Part shown: positions 53,678 to 64,000 of the stretch, in pieces | Layout: each line of letters opens with the position of its first letter | How positions within the stretch are numbered: position 1 is the stretch's first letter | NCBI GenBank assembly: GCA_040954595.2 | Contig: CM082579.2 | Coordinates: forward strand, 5,817,625 to 5,881,624 | Direction of reading: 5' to 3' | Source: Balanoglossus misakiensis | Lineage: Eukaryota > Animalia > Hemichordata | DNA length: 64,000 nt | Made by a program: the position numbers and the translations under genes | The notes under the pieces: model-generated | The model's database searches: none | The model's input: only the letters and a program-made list of their open reading frames with translations | Told to the model about the DNA's origin: nothing

Positions 53678-56600
53678 CTATATGTAAATATTGACGGGCA
53701 TATCTGTTTCGTACATATATTGTCCACCAGAGGGCGTTGTCGGGGGCTCCGGGGAATGTCTGACGCTCAGCACTGAATTGGACGGAGGCTGCAGAGCGTT
53801 ACTCGCAAGTTTGCTCTTCAGCAGGGCTAGGTCTTCTGGCAGAGGTGCGTCGCCATCCGGTGATCCTGTCGCTAGCTTCTCTTTCAGGAGGGCCAACTCG
53901 TCGTCCATGTTTGCTGTCGGCTGGGCGTCTGCTCCACTGTTGGAGAAGTTGACCGATTCGGCATCTATGTCGGTCTCTGCGGTGTCGTCAAAGCTGATCT
54001 TGCTGGAACGGGCGCTGGAGTAAGACGAATTCTGCTGATGTGCATATGCGCTTTCCCGCGCCCTGAACCTGCCGATTTGAAAAGCCATAAAAATGGTCAC
54101 CCACATCTGAATATATTCAAAATGGCCACCAATATGTACGTTAACTTTATGGAGAAAATTTAAATCGGAGATTAAAAAAAATATGATGGTGAACATCGAG
54201 TTTCCTTCTTTGTTTGCAAAAGACTACTCACACACTTTAATATATAACGAAGAATTTGAAGGTTTTGAGGAATATCATTTTTCTGTCAATCTGTCCCCGA
54301 GACGCGTACTAGGCCCACTTTCAGATCCGACGAGAAAACTTACCTCTTGTATAACAACGCCGCCACCACCACCAATGCAAGCAACGCCGCCACTGCAATG
54401 GCTGTTGCAGCAATCATTCCAGCCGTGGCGAGGCTGTCGTCGTTGTTGACATCTTGACAATAGAAGAACCAGAACAATGTTACATATTGTGAAATAAAAT
54501 GAACATGTCTTCTTCAGGTAAAGTTCTCTAATATTCCTGTTGTGACTAGTTTATGCTTAGGGCAAAATAGTTTGATGTCGGTTTAGCAAACATTTCTTGA
54601 ACTTACCAACAACGGAAACCATGAAAGTACAGACACCTCTATTGGAATTAGCATCTTCAAATGTGTATGTGACCGTCGTCGTGCCGATTGGGAAGCTGCT
54701 GCCGGGGCTGTGTGACGCAGATACCAAAGTCGGTTCACCTCCCGTGTTGTCGGTAGCAGTGGGCGTGGCCCAGGTGACGTTGCTGGCGTCACTTCCGACA
54801 ATGATGTCCCCGGGGCAGCTTGCGACGGGTGGTTCGCCGTCTGAACAAACAAAGAAAGAGAGATAGTGAGCTGCAAAGTTATGCAAAATTGTTTCATAGG
54901 TCAAGATTTTTCGAAAAAGCGCCCCATCTTCCCTTGGAGTGCCACCACCATACATTACACTATCTACACTTGGACCGAATCTCCACCGAATCTTCTTGGG
55001 GTTTATGGCATAGGTAGTACTTACCCAACACGTGGATTATAAAAGAACAACCGCCGGGGTTAAAACTATAATCTTGAAATATGTACGTGACAGGCGTTGA
55101 TCCAATGGGGAACACGTCACCAGAACTGTGAGATGCGGTCCATGTTGGCGCAACTCCCGAATTGTCGGTTGCTGTGGCAGCAGTCCACGTGACACTTGCG
55201 GTGGCCAGTCCTGGATCGGTGTCCTGCGTGACGTCACCGGGACAGGTTGGTACAGGAGGTTCCACATCTGTGGGAGAAAAGATTAATGTTGTAGTTCTAG
55301 TCTATTGCTCGTTCTACAAGACTTAGGGAGACTTTGATAATTACACGGACTGTGTCCAGAGAGTGTGATACAGCATTTCATATGAAGGGACAGATCATGG
55401 GCAGACAAAATTCTCAGTCCTACAAAAAAACCGATCCACACGTGAAAAACTCCCTTACCTAAGACAGTGACAGTGAAAGAACAGGCCGCGGTATTCCAGC
55501 TTCTGTCGCGGAAGATGTAATTAACCACTGTGGACCCAATGGCGAAGTTGTCTCCGGCACTGTGAGATGACATCGCTATTGGCTGGCGTCCCGAGTTGTC
55601 TGTCGCCGAAGCTGTCCACGTGACCGCGGCAGTGGCTTGGTCGGGATCGTTGTCTTGTGTGATGTCAGACGGACAACTTGGTACAGGAGGTTCGACGTCT
55701 ACATGGAAAGGAAATCCGTAGAGAAGTTCAGCGTGTTTTGCTTTCAAAAAGGTGTGAGGTCAGCTGAATTTCAGGCCGTCCCGTGGCCGGCAGTTTTGGC
55801 CAATAATAATGATAGTACACTGACGACTTATCAATAGCACGGAGAATGCTATGCTAAAAAGGTGTGAGGTCAGCTGAATTCCAGTCTGTCCCGTGGCCGG
55901 CAGTTTTGGCCAATAGTGATGATAGTACACTGGCGACTTATCAATATCACGGAGAATGTTATGTTTCTTCGTTCAGGACAAATGGTGTACTTCTTCTGTC
56001 TTGAAAACGCATAAACGTTTGATTTTAAAAGCACGTTTATAGCCTGCGTTTATACAGTAGTGATTCTGAGGCTGTGAGAGAAATTGGCCAAAAATGCACC
56101 GAAACTTTCTGGAGTGACGCAGCGAAATGGAGTCACTTACCATTGACAGTTATCGTGAAGGTGCAGTCTGCTGTGTTCAAACTTGGATCTTGGAACGTGT
56201 AGGTGACATCAGTGGTTCCAATGGCAAAGTTATCCCCCGGCGTGTGTGTTGCAGTCGATGTTGGCGCAACGCCTGAATTATCAGTTGCTGTAGCAACAGT
56301 CCACGTGACACCAGCAGTAGCCAGCCCGGGATCGGTGTTCTGCGTGACGTCACCGGGACAAGTAGGTACGGGAAGTTCTACGTCTGAGGGGAGAAGTGAA
56401 GGTTACCTTGCAAAATGGTTGACTTCCAATAACGATTTTTATCCTATATTAAAATCCTACATCAGTATTAAACTTCACAATGGATTTTGTTCTTACCATC
56501 AACTGTGATTGTGAATATGCACTCTGCCCAGTTCAGACTGTCATCTTCGAATGTGTGGGTGACGGTGGTTGTTCCTATAGGGAAGTCATCCCCCGAACTA

Positions 56601-59600
56601 TGAGAGGCTGTCAGCGTTGGCGCGACCCCCGAATTGTCGGTTGCTGTTATGGCGGTCCACGTGACACTAGCGGTAGGAAGACCAGCGTCGGTGTTCTGGG
56701 TGACATCACTGGGACAGGCACTCAAGACAGGGGGCTCCACGTCTTGTGGTAATGAAAGTGGAGTGACAAATGTTAGCTACATGCACAGGTATGGTTGGGG
56801 GATATATCCGCTATCATTTTTTCAGCGTCACCACATTTTCATTTCCCTCCAAAACAAATGCTTAAACCCCACAAATACTGTCGTATAATGTCAACCAAAA
56901 TATCCTAATTTCCATGTAGCATATCTCACGCTGGGAAATAACTCGTCTTACCGAAGACAGTAATGGTGAAAGAACAATCTGCCGTGTTCAGACTTCCATC
57001 TTGGAAAGTGTAGGTTATGTTGTTCGCCCCGATTGGTATGTCGTCACCGGGATTGTACGTTGAAGTCGACGTCGGCGGGACCCCAGAATTGTCGAATCCA
57101 ATAGCCGGGGTCCACGTGACGCTCGCTGTCGCCAGTCCGGGGTCGTTGTCCTGTGTTAAGTCGCTCCATGGACATATTACACTCGGGGGTTCCACGTCTA
57201 TATTGCAGTAGAAATGACCGAAAGAAGAGCCCGTTTTCAGTAAAATATGGATAGCTTGTTCTTCAAGGTATTCGGTTACTAATGATAAAGGTGAACACTA
57301 TCGGCCCACGTGCTTTACTCACCATGAACGGTGATTGTAAACGTGCAGTCTTGGGTGTTGGAACTCCCGTCTTGGAAAGTGTAGGTTACGACAGTGGCCC
57401 CGATGGGAAAATCGTCCCCGGGCGTGTGAGTCGCAGTCGATGTCGGCGCAACTCCTGAATTGTCAGTTGCTGTGGCAGCAGTCCACGTGACACTTGCAGT
57501 AGCCATCCAGGGATCGTTGTCCTGTGTGACGTCACCGGGACAGGTCGGAACCGGAGGTTCAAGATCTGCTCCCGTGGAAATGGAGAGTAAACTTTTAAAA
57601 GAAGACAACATCGCTAACTTTTCAAGTTTTATTGTGCATTTTCTAGTTTGTATTTTGACATTATAATAAAGGCCATCTTTCACCTCTAGAAGCTGATATT
57701 AATTTTAGGTGTCTGGTTTAGAAGTGGCCACGTTCGGCCACGTTTGCTTTACTCGTGTAAGACTTTAAAATCTGCGTAGACACAATCAGAGGGGTTGAAT
57801 GCCAAGACTCGTCTTTATCTGGAACTGCCGAGAGGGTGTGATATGTATACTGGATTCTCACCGTTAACTGTAATCGTGAAAGTGCAGTCTGCCGTGTTCA
57901 AACTTGGATCTTGGAAAGTGTAGGTGACATCAGTGGTTCCAATGGCAAAGTTATCCCCCGGCGTGTGTGTTGCAGTCGATGTTGGTGCAACGCCGGAATT
58001 ATCATTTGCTGTAGCAACAGCCCACGTGACACTTGCAGTAGCTAGTCCAGAATCGGTGTTCTGTGTGACGTCACCGGGACAGGTCGGTACGGGGGGTTCC
58101 ACATCTATGAGAGGAAAAACAATATCAGTAAAATCTCCCATAATTTCGAGAACCTATAAAAAATTAGCATATAGTTTAATTGTTTTACTTACCGTTCACA
58201 GTAATTGTAAATGTACAGTCTGCAGTGTTCAAACTTCCATCTTGAAATGTGTAGGTGACGTTAGTCGACCCGATGACGAAATTATCCCCCGGAGAATGAG
58301 TTGCAGACGATGTTGGTGCAATGCCTGAATTATCAGCTGCTGTAGCAACAGCCCACGTGACACTTGCAGTAGCTAGTCCAGAATCGGTGTTCTGTGTAAC
58401 GTCACCGGGACAGGTCGGTACGGGGGGTTCCACATCTATGGGAGGATAAACAATATCAGTAAAATCTCATATAATTTCAAAAACTAATCAAAATTAGCAT
58501 ATAGTTTAATTGTTTTACTTACCGTTCACAGTAATTGTAAATGTACAGTCTGCAGTGTTCAAACTTCCATCTTGAAATGTGTAGGTGACGTTAGTCGACC
58601 CGATGAGGAAATTATCCCCCGGAGAATGAGTTGCAGACGATGTTGGTGCAATGCCTGAATTATCAGCTGCTGTAGCAACAGCCCACGTGACACTTGCAGT
58701 AGCTACTCCAGAATCGGTGTTCTGTGTGACGTCACCGGGACAGGTCGGTACGGGGGGTTCCACATCTATGGGAGGATAAACAATATCAGTAAAATCTCAT
58801 ATAATTTCAAAAACTAATCAAAATTAGCATATAGTTTAATTATTTTACTTACCGTTCACAGTAATAGTAAATGTACATTCTGCAGTGTTCAAACTTCCAT
58901 CTTGAAATGTGTAGGTGACGTTAGTCGACCCGATGAGGAAATTATCCCCCGGAGAATGAGTTGCAGACGATGTTGGTGCAATGCCGGAATTATCAGTTGC
59001 TGTAGCAACAGCCCACGTGACACTTGCAGTTGCTACCCCAGAATCGGTGTTCTGTGTGACGTCACCCGGACAGGTCGGTACGGGGGGTTCCACATCTATG
59101 GGAGGATAAACAATATCAGTAAAATCTCATATAATTTCAAAAACTAATCAAAATTAGCATATAGTTTAATTATTTTACTTACCGTTCACAGTAATTGTAA
59201 ATGTACAGTCTGCAGTGTTCAAACTTCCATCTTGAAATGTGTAGGTGACGTTAGTCGACCCGATGACGAAATTATCCCCCGGAGAATGAGTTGCAGACGA
59301 TGTTGGTGCAATGCCTGAATTATCAGCTGCTGTAGCAACAGCCCACGTGACACTTGCAGTAGCTACTCCAGAATCGGTGTTCTGTGTGACGTCACCGGGA
59401 CAGGTCGGTACGGGGGGTTCCACATCTATGGGAGGATAAACAATATCAGTAAAATCTCATATAATTTCAAAAACTAATCAAAATTAGCATATAGTTTAAT
59501 TATTTTACTTACCGTTCACAGTAATAGTAAATGTACATTCTGCAGTGTTCAAACTTCCATCTTGAAATGTGTAGGTGACGTTAGTCGACCCGATGAGGAA

Positions 59601-62395
59601 ATTATCCCCCGGAGAATGAGTTGCAGACGATGTTGGTGCAATGCCGGAATTATCAGTTGCTGTAGCAACAGCCCACGTGACACTTGCAGTTGCTACTCCA
59701 GAATCGGTGTTCTGTGTGACGTCACCCGGACAGGTCGGTACGGGGGGTTCCACATCTATGGGAGGATAAACAATATCAGTAAAATCTCATATAATTTCAA
59801 AAACTAATCAAAATTAGCATATAGTTTAATTATTTTACTTACCGTTCACAGTAATTGTAAATGTACATTCTGCAGTGTTCAAACTTCCATCTTGAAATGT
59901 GTAGGTGACGTTAGTCGACCCGATGACGAAATTATCCCCCGGAGTGTGTGTTGCAGACGATGTTGGTGCAATGCCGGAATTATCAGTTGCTGTAGCAACA
60001 GCCCACGTGACACTTGCAGTAGCTAGTCCAGTATCGGTGTTCTGTGTGACGTCATCAGGACAGGTCGGTACAGGTGGTTCCATATCTATGGGAGGAAAAA
60101 TAATATCAGTAAAATCTCCCATAATTTCGAGAACTAATCAAAAATAGCATATAGTTTAATTATTTTACTTACCGTTCACAGTAATTGTAAATGTACAGTC
60201 TTCAGTGTTCAAACTTCCATCTTGAAATGTGTAGGTGACGTTAGTCGACCCGATGACGAAATTATCCCCCGGAGAATGAGTTGCAGACGATGTTGGTGCA
60301 ATGCCGGAATTATCAGTTGCTGTAGCAACAGCCCACGTGACACTTGCAGTAGCTAGTCCAGAATCGGTGTTCTGTGTGACGTCACCCGGACAGGTCGGTA
60401 CGGGGGGTTCCACATCTATGGGAGGAAAAATAATTTCAGTAAAATCTCCCATAATTTCGAGAACTAATCAAAATTTGCACATAGTTTAATTGTTTTACTT
60501 ACCATTCACAGTAATTGTAAATGTACAGTCTGCAGTGTTCAAACTTCCATCTTGAAATGTGTAGGTGACGTTAGTCGACCCGATGACGAAATTATCCCCC
60601 GGAGAATGAGTTGCAGACGATGTTGGTGCAATGCCGGAATTATCAGTTGCTGTAGCAACAGCCCACGTGACACTTGCAGTTGCTACTCCAGAATCGGTGT
60701 TCTGTGTGACGTCACCCGGACAGGTCGGTACGGGGGGTTCCACATCTATGGGAGGATAAACAATATCAGTAAAATCTCATATAATTTCAAAAACTAATCA
60801 AAATTAGCATATAGTTTAATTATTTTACTTACCGTTCACAGTAATTGTAAATGTACATTCTGCAGTGTTCAAACTTCCATCTTGAAATGTGTAGGTGACG
60901 TTAGTCGACCCGATGACGAAATTATCCCCCGGAGTGTGTGTTGCAGACGATGTTGGTGCAATGCCGGAATTATCATTGGCTGTAGCAACAGCCCACGTGA
61001 CACTTGCAGTAGCTAGTCCAGAATCGGTGTTCTGTGTGACGTCACCGGGACAGGTCGGTACGGGGGGTTCCACATCTATGGGAGGAAAAACAATATCAGT
61101 AAAATCTCCCATAATTTCGAGAACCTATAAAAATTAGCATATAGTTTAATTGTTTTACTTACCGTTCACAGTAATTGTAAATGTACAGTCTGCAGTGTTC
61201 AAACTTCCATCTTGAAATGTGTAGGTGACGTTAGTCGACCCGATGACGAAATTATCCCCCGGAGAATGAGTTGCAGACGATGTTGGTGCAATGCCTGAAT
61301 TATCAGCTGCTGTAGCAACAGCCCACGTGACACTTGCAGTAGCTACTCCAGAATCGGTGTTCTGTGTGACGTCACCGGGACAGGTCGGTACGGGGGGTTC
61401 CACATCTATGGGAGGATAAACAATATCAGTAAAATCTCATATAATTTCAAAAACTAATCAAAATTAGCATATAGTTTAATTATTTTACTTACCGTTCACA
61501 GTAATAGTAAATGTACATTCTGCAGTGTTCAAACTTCCATCTTGAAATGTGTAGGTGACGTTAGTCGACCCGATGAGGAAATTATCCCCCGGAGAATGAG
61601 TTGCAGACGATGTTGGTGCAATGCCGGAATTATCAGTTGCTGTAGCAACAGCCCACGTGACACTTGCAGTTGCTACTCCAGAATCGGTGTTCTGTGTGAC
61701 GTCACCCGGACAGGTCGGTACGGGGGGTTCCACATCTATGGGAGGATAAACAATATCAGTAAAATCTCATATAATTTCAAAAACTAATCAAAATTAGCAT
61801 ATAGTTTAATTATTTTACTTACCGTTCACAGTAATTGTAAATGTACATTCTGCAGTGTTCAAACTTCCATCTTGAAATGTGTAGGTGACGTTAGTCGACC
61901 CGATGACGAAATTATCCCCCGGAGTGTGTGTTGCAGACGATGTTGGTGCAATGCCGGAATTATCAGTTGCTGTAGCAACAGCCCACGTGACACTTGCTGT
62001 AGCTACTCCAGAATCGGTGTTCTGTGTGACGTCACCGGGACAGGTCGGTACGGGGGGTTCCACATCTATGGGAGGATAAACAATATCAGTAAAATTTCCC
62101 ATAATTTCAAAAACTAATCAAAATTAGCATATAGTTTAATTATTTTACTTACCGTTCACAGTAATAGTAAATGTACAGTCTGCAGTGTTCAAACTTCCAT
62201 CTTGAAATGTGTAGGTGACGTTAGTCGACCCGATGACGAAATTATCCCCCGGAGAATGAGTTGCAGACGATGTTGGTGCAATGCCTGAATTATCAGCTGC
62301 TGTAGCAACAGCCCACGTGACACTTGCAGTAGCTACTCCAGAATCGGTGTTCTGTGTGACGTCACTGGGGCAGGTTGGTACGGGAGGATCCACAT
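53678..62395 (-). CDS. 3' part of a hyalin-like type I membrane protein: at least 21 HYR domains (one per exon), TM helix and cytoplasmic tail; 5' exons lie further right
   Basis: Thirteen 243-bp HYR exons at 330-bp spacing from 62395-62153 to 58435-58193. Further HYR exons at 58104-57862, 57565-57323, 57197-56952, 56742-56497, 56383-56141, 55698-55459, 55267-55025 and 54840-54607. TM exon 54452-54344 (GMIAATAIAVAALLALVVVAALLYKR) and last exon 54068-53678. HYR consensus D.EPP..CP.D....TD.G..TA.VTW....A.DNSG........H.PG..F.IG.T.VTYTF.D...N...C.F.ITV. The HYR exons are phase 1-1. Confidence 0.93.
55746..55965. repeat. 110-bp tandem duplication (2 copies) inside a HYR-gene intron
   Basis: GGTGTGAGGTCAGCTGAATT...GTCCCGTGGCCGGCAGTTTTGGCCAATA...CACGGAGAATG starts at both 55751 and 55861. 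Confidence 0.9.
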
Positions 62396-62398
62396 CTG
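57862..62398. repeat. 330-bp tandem array (243-bp HYR exon + 87-bp intron): 13 near-identical units plus one flanking related unit
   Basis: Exon starts recur every 330 bp from 58435 to 62395. The introns are about as well conserved as the exons. Confidence 0.97.
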
Positions 62399-62918
62399 TG
62401 GATGGAAGATGAAAAGCAAGTCCATTATATGTACATGTATATGTTACGTATGCGCGTCCGACTCATTGAAGACATTTGTTTCCTACTCTTAGAGCTGGAG
62501 TTATGATTTTAATGGGGTTATTGTTGCGACCAAATTGTGTAAGGTCGGCAGGTTATACAAGTACAAGTACAAGTAACAATGGGGGAATATAAAACACGCC
62601 TTCGTTACATTTTGACGTGCTGAATATGAGAGCATGTTTTCATCTATTTTTGGCCGAGGTGTGAAAAGGGGCTTTCAATTCTACTCTTTGTTTCCGAAGA
62701 AAGAAGAGACCAATCTTGAGGAGTCTATTTTGGATTTAATTGTGAGGTTCCCCATGTGCGGTTTCGGTGACGTAACGTGCGACATATAAACGTCAAGGTT
62801 AAGGCCAAAATACGTCAAGAGAAGACGAGACTGTTGAATTGGAAACGTTTGGATACGGTGCATTGCATTAGTCGATAGCGGACGGTGTATGTTGCCGCGG
62901 AGTGGCCGAGTATCAACC

Positions 62919-64000
62919 ATGAACAGCTCTCTGGAGGGAACATATTCGACGTCACAAGCACAGTCGTACAACGACACTTTCCAAGAAGAACGATCCGAGC
63001 TGGAAAGAGCTGTCGAAATATCCGTCTTGGTGGCCATCATGGTTTCAGCAGACGTCGGCAACGCGCTGGTGGTCATATCGTTGCTGGGTTACCGGCAACT
63101 TCGTCATCGGACCTCCAATCATTTCATCGTCAACTTGGCATTTACAGACCTGTTCAGCAGCGTGCTGGTGATGCCGTTCAGTTTGGCGTCGCTGGCGATC
63201 GGCGACTGGGTTTTCGGCTCGGCCTGGTGCGGCGTCCAGTGCGCATTGAACTACTGCTTCATCACGGTGTCCATGCTGACCATGGCCTTGATCAGTATCG
63301 ACCGATACATCGCCGTCTTGCATCCTCTCCGCTACCCCAGCCTGATGACGACTCGCGTGAGCACGGTGGCCATCGCTTTTGTCTGGACGCAGGGGGCGAT
63401 CATCGGGGCCATCCCTGTGCTTGCCTCCTGGGTAGTCTACGACCACTCCGAGTTCGTGTGCGCCGTGGACTGGTTCACGGGCACACCTGGACCCATGACG
63501 TACACCGCGTGCGCCTTCGTGCTCTGTTTCTGCGTGCCGTGCCTCGCCATCGCCTTCGCCTACTTTCGGATCTGTCGGGTGGCGCTCGGGAAGAGACCGC
63601 CTCACAACTTAAAGCGAAGCTACGAAGTCCGCGTCATCGTCAGCATCCTCGTGGTGACGGTGGTCTTCTTCCTCTGCATGACGCCATTTTGCGTCGTCAA
63701 GGTGATCAAGATATCGCAGGGCAGTCCCGAACTGCCGCTGGCCGTCAACAGCCTGTCGTCTCTCTCGTACTTCCTCGCCAGCGCGACGAATCCCTACATC
63801 TACGTGCTACTGCGGAAGGACTTCCGACACGCTTTCAAGCGAGTGGTGTGTGTAGTCAGAAAACGGCGAAAGGTGGACAGCGCCAATCAAGGCACAGCAA
63901 CAGGTGGAAACCCTAACGACAATCGAACTTCAGAGGACACATGCCAGTGTTCGCTCTGTGTCAATTCCGCGGATACTTTGCACATGGGGGAAACTGTTAA
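62919..64000 (+). CDS. Intronless class A (rhodopsin-like) orphan GPCR, 3'-truncated by the window end
   Basis: An ATG at 62919 opens a frame with no stop before 64000, which is why the ORF track omits it. It reads MNSS.. N-terminus, GNALVV (TM1), NLAFTDL..VMPF (TM2), WVFGSAWC, ISIDRY..LHPLRY, VW (TM4), CAVDW (ECL2), FCVP (TM5), FFLCMTPF (TM6), NPYIY..RKDFR (TM7/H8). Confidence 0.93.
   Translation, partial: MNSSLEGTYSTSQAQSYNDTFQEERSELERAVEISVLVAIMVSADVGNALVVISLLGYRQLRHRTSNHFIVNLAFTDLFSSVLVMPFSLASLAIGDWVFGSAWCGVQCALNYCFITVSMLTMALISIDRYIAVLHPLRYPSLMTTRVSTVAIAFVWTQGAIIGAIPVLASWVVYDHSEFVCAVDWFTGTPGPMTYTACAFVLCFCVPCLAIAFAYFRICRVALGKRPPHNLKRSYEVRVIVSILVVTVVFFLCMTPFCVVKVIKISQGSPELPLAVNSLSSLSYFLASATNPYIYVLLRKDFRHAFKRVVCVVRKRRKVDSANQGTATGGNPNDNRTSEDTCQCSLCVNSADTLHMGETV

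Noticed and set aside
55746-55965. Possible C/D snoRNA pair in the 110-bp duplication (GTGATGA and CTGA-like words)
   Set aside because: The box-like words are on the strand opposite the host transcript, are not preserved in both copies, and have no terminal stem.
57862-62398. Regular repeat array as a possible CRISPR or non-coding satellite
   Set aside because: The units are 330 bp with no unique spacers, and each contains a spliceable HYR exon. The context is eukaryotic.
62885-63916. 343-aa plus-strand ORF in the track
   Set aside because: It is an off-frame shadow of the GC-rich GPCR CDS. The real frame starts at 62919 and carries all the class A motifs.

Overview
Eukaryotic, intron-containing genomic DNA from an animal. 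The gene repertoire (intronless TRIM-NHL genes, HYR/hyalin repeats, CUB-LDLa receptors, an HDAC12-like deacetylase) suggests a marine invertebrate deuterostome such as a hemichordate, echinoderm or amphioxus; this is inference only. All exon boundaries were read by hand from GT/AG sites and frame continuity. From left to right: (1) the 5' part of a minus-strand gene with a ComEA-like helix-hairpin-helix domain; (2) a tRNA-Ala(TGC); (3) a tandem array of six plus-strand paralogous four-exon genes, each signal peptide-CUB-LDLa-TM-cytoplasmic tail, interrupted after the first copy by two intronless minus-strand TRIM-NHL genes; (4) a complete 12-exon PGK gene head-to-head with a 6-exon HDAC12-like deacetylase; (5) the 3' part of a minus-strand type I membrane protein with at least 21 one-exon HYR domains, 13 of them in a near-identical 330-bp exon+intron array; (6) an intronless class A GPCR on the opposite strand, probably nested in an intron of the HYR gene and running off the window end. 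The most interesting candidate system is the CUB-LDLa receptor array. Its ectodomains are diversified, while the cytoplasmic exons of two copies are homogenised, five tails share a fixed-spacing C-terminal motif, and three tails vary in YPPPQG repeat number.
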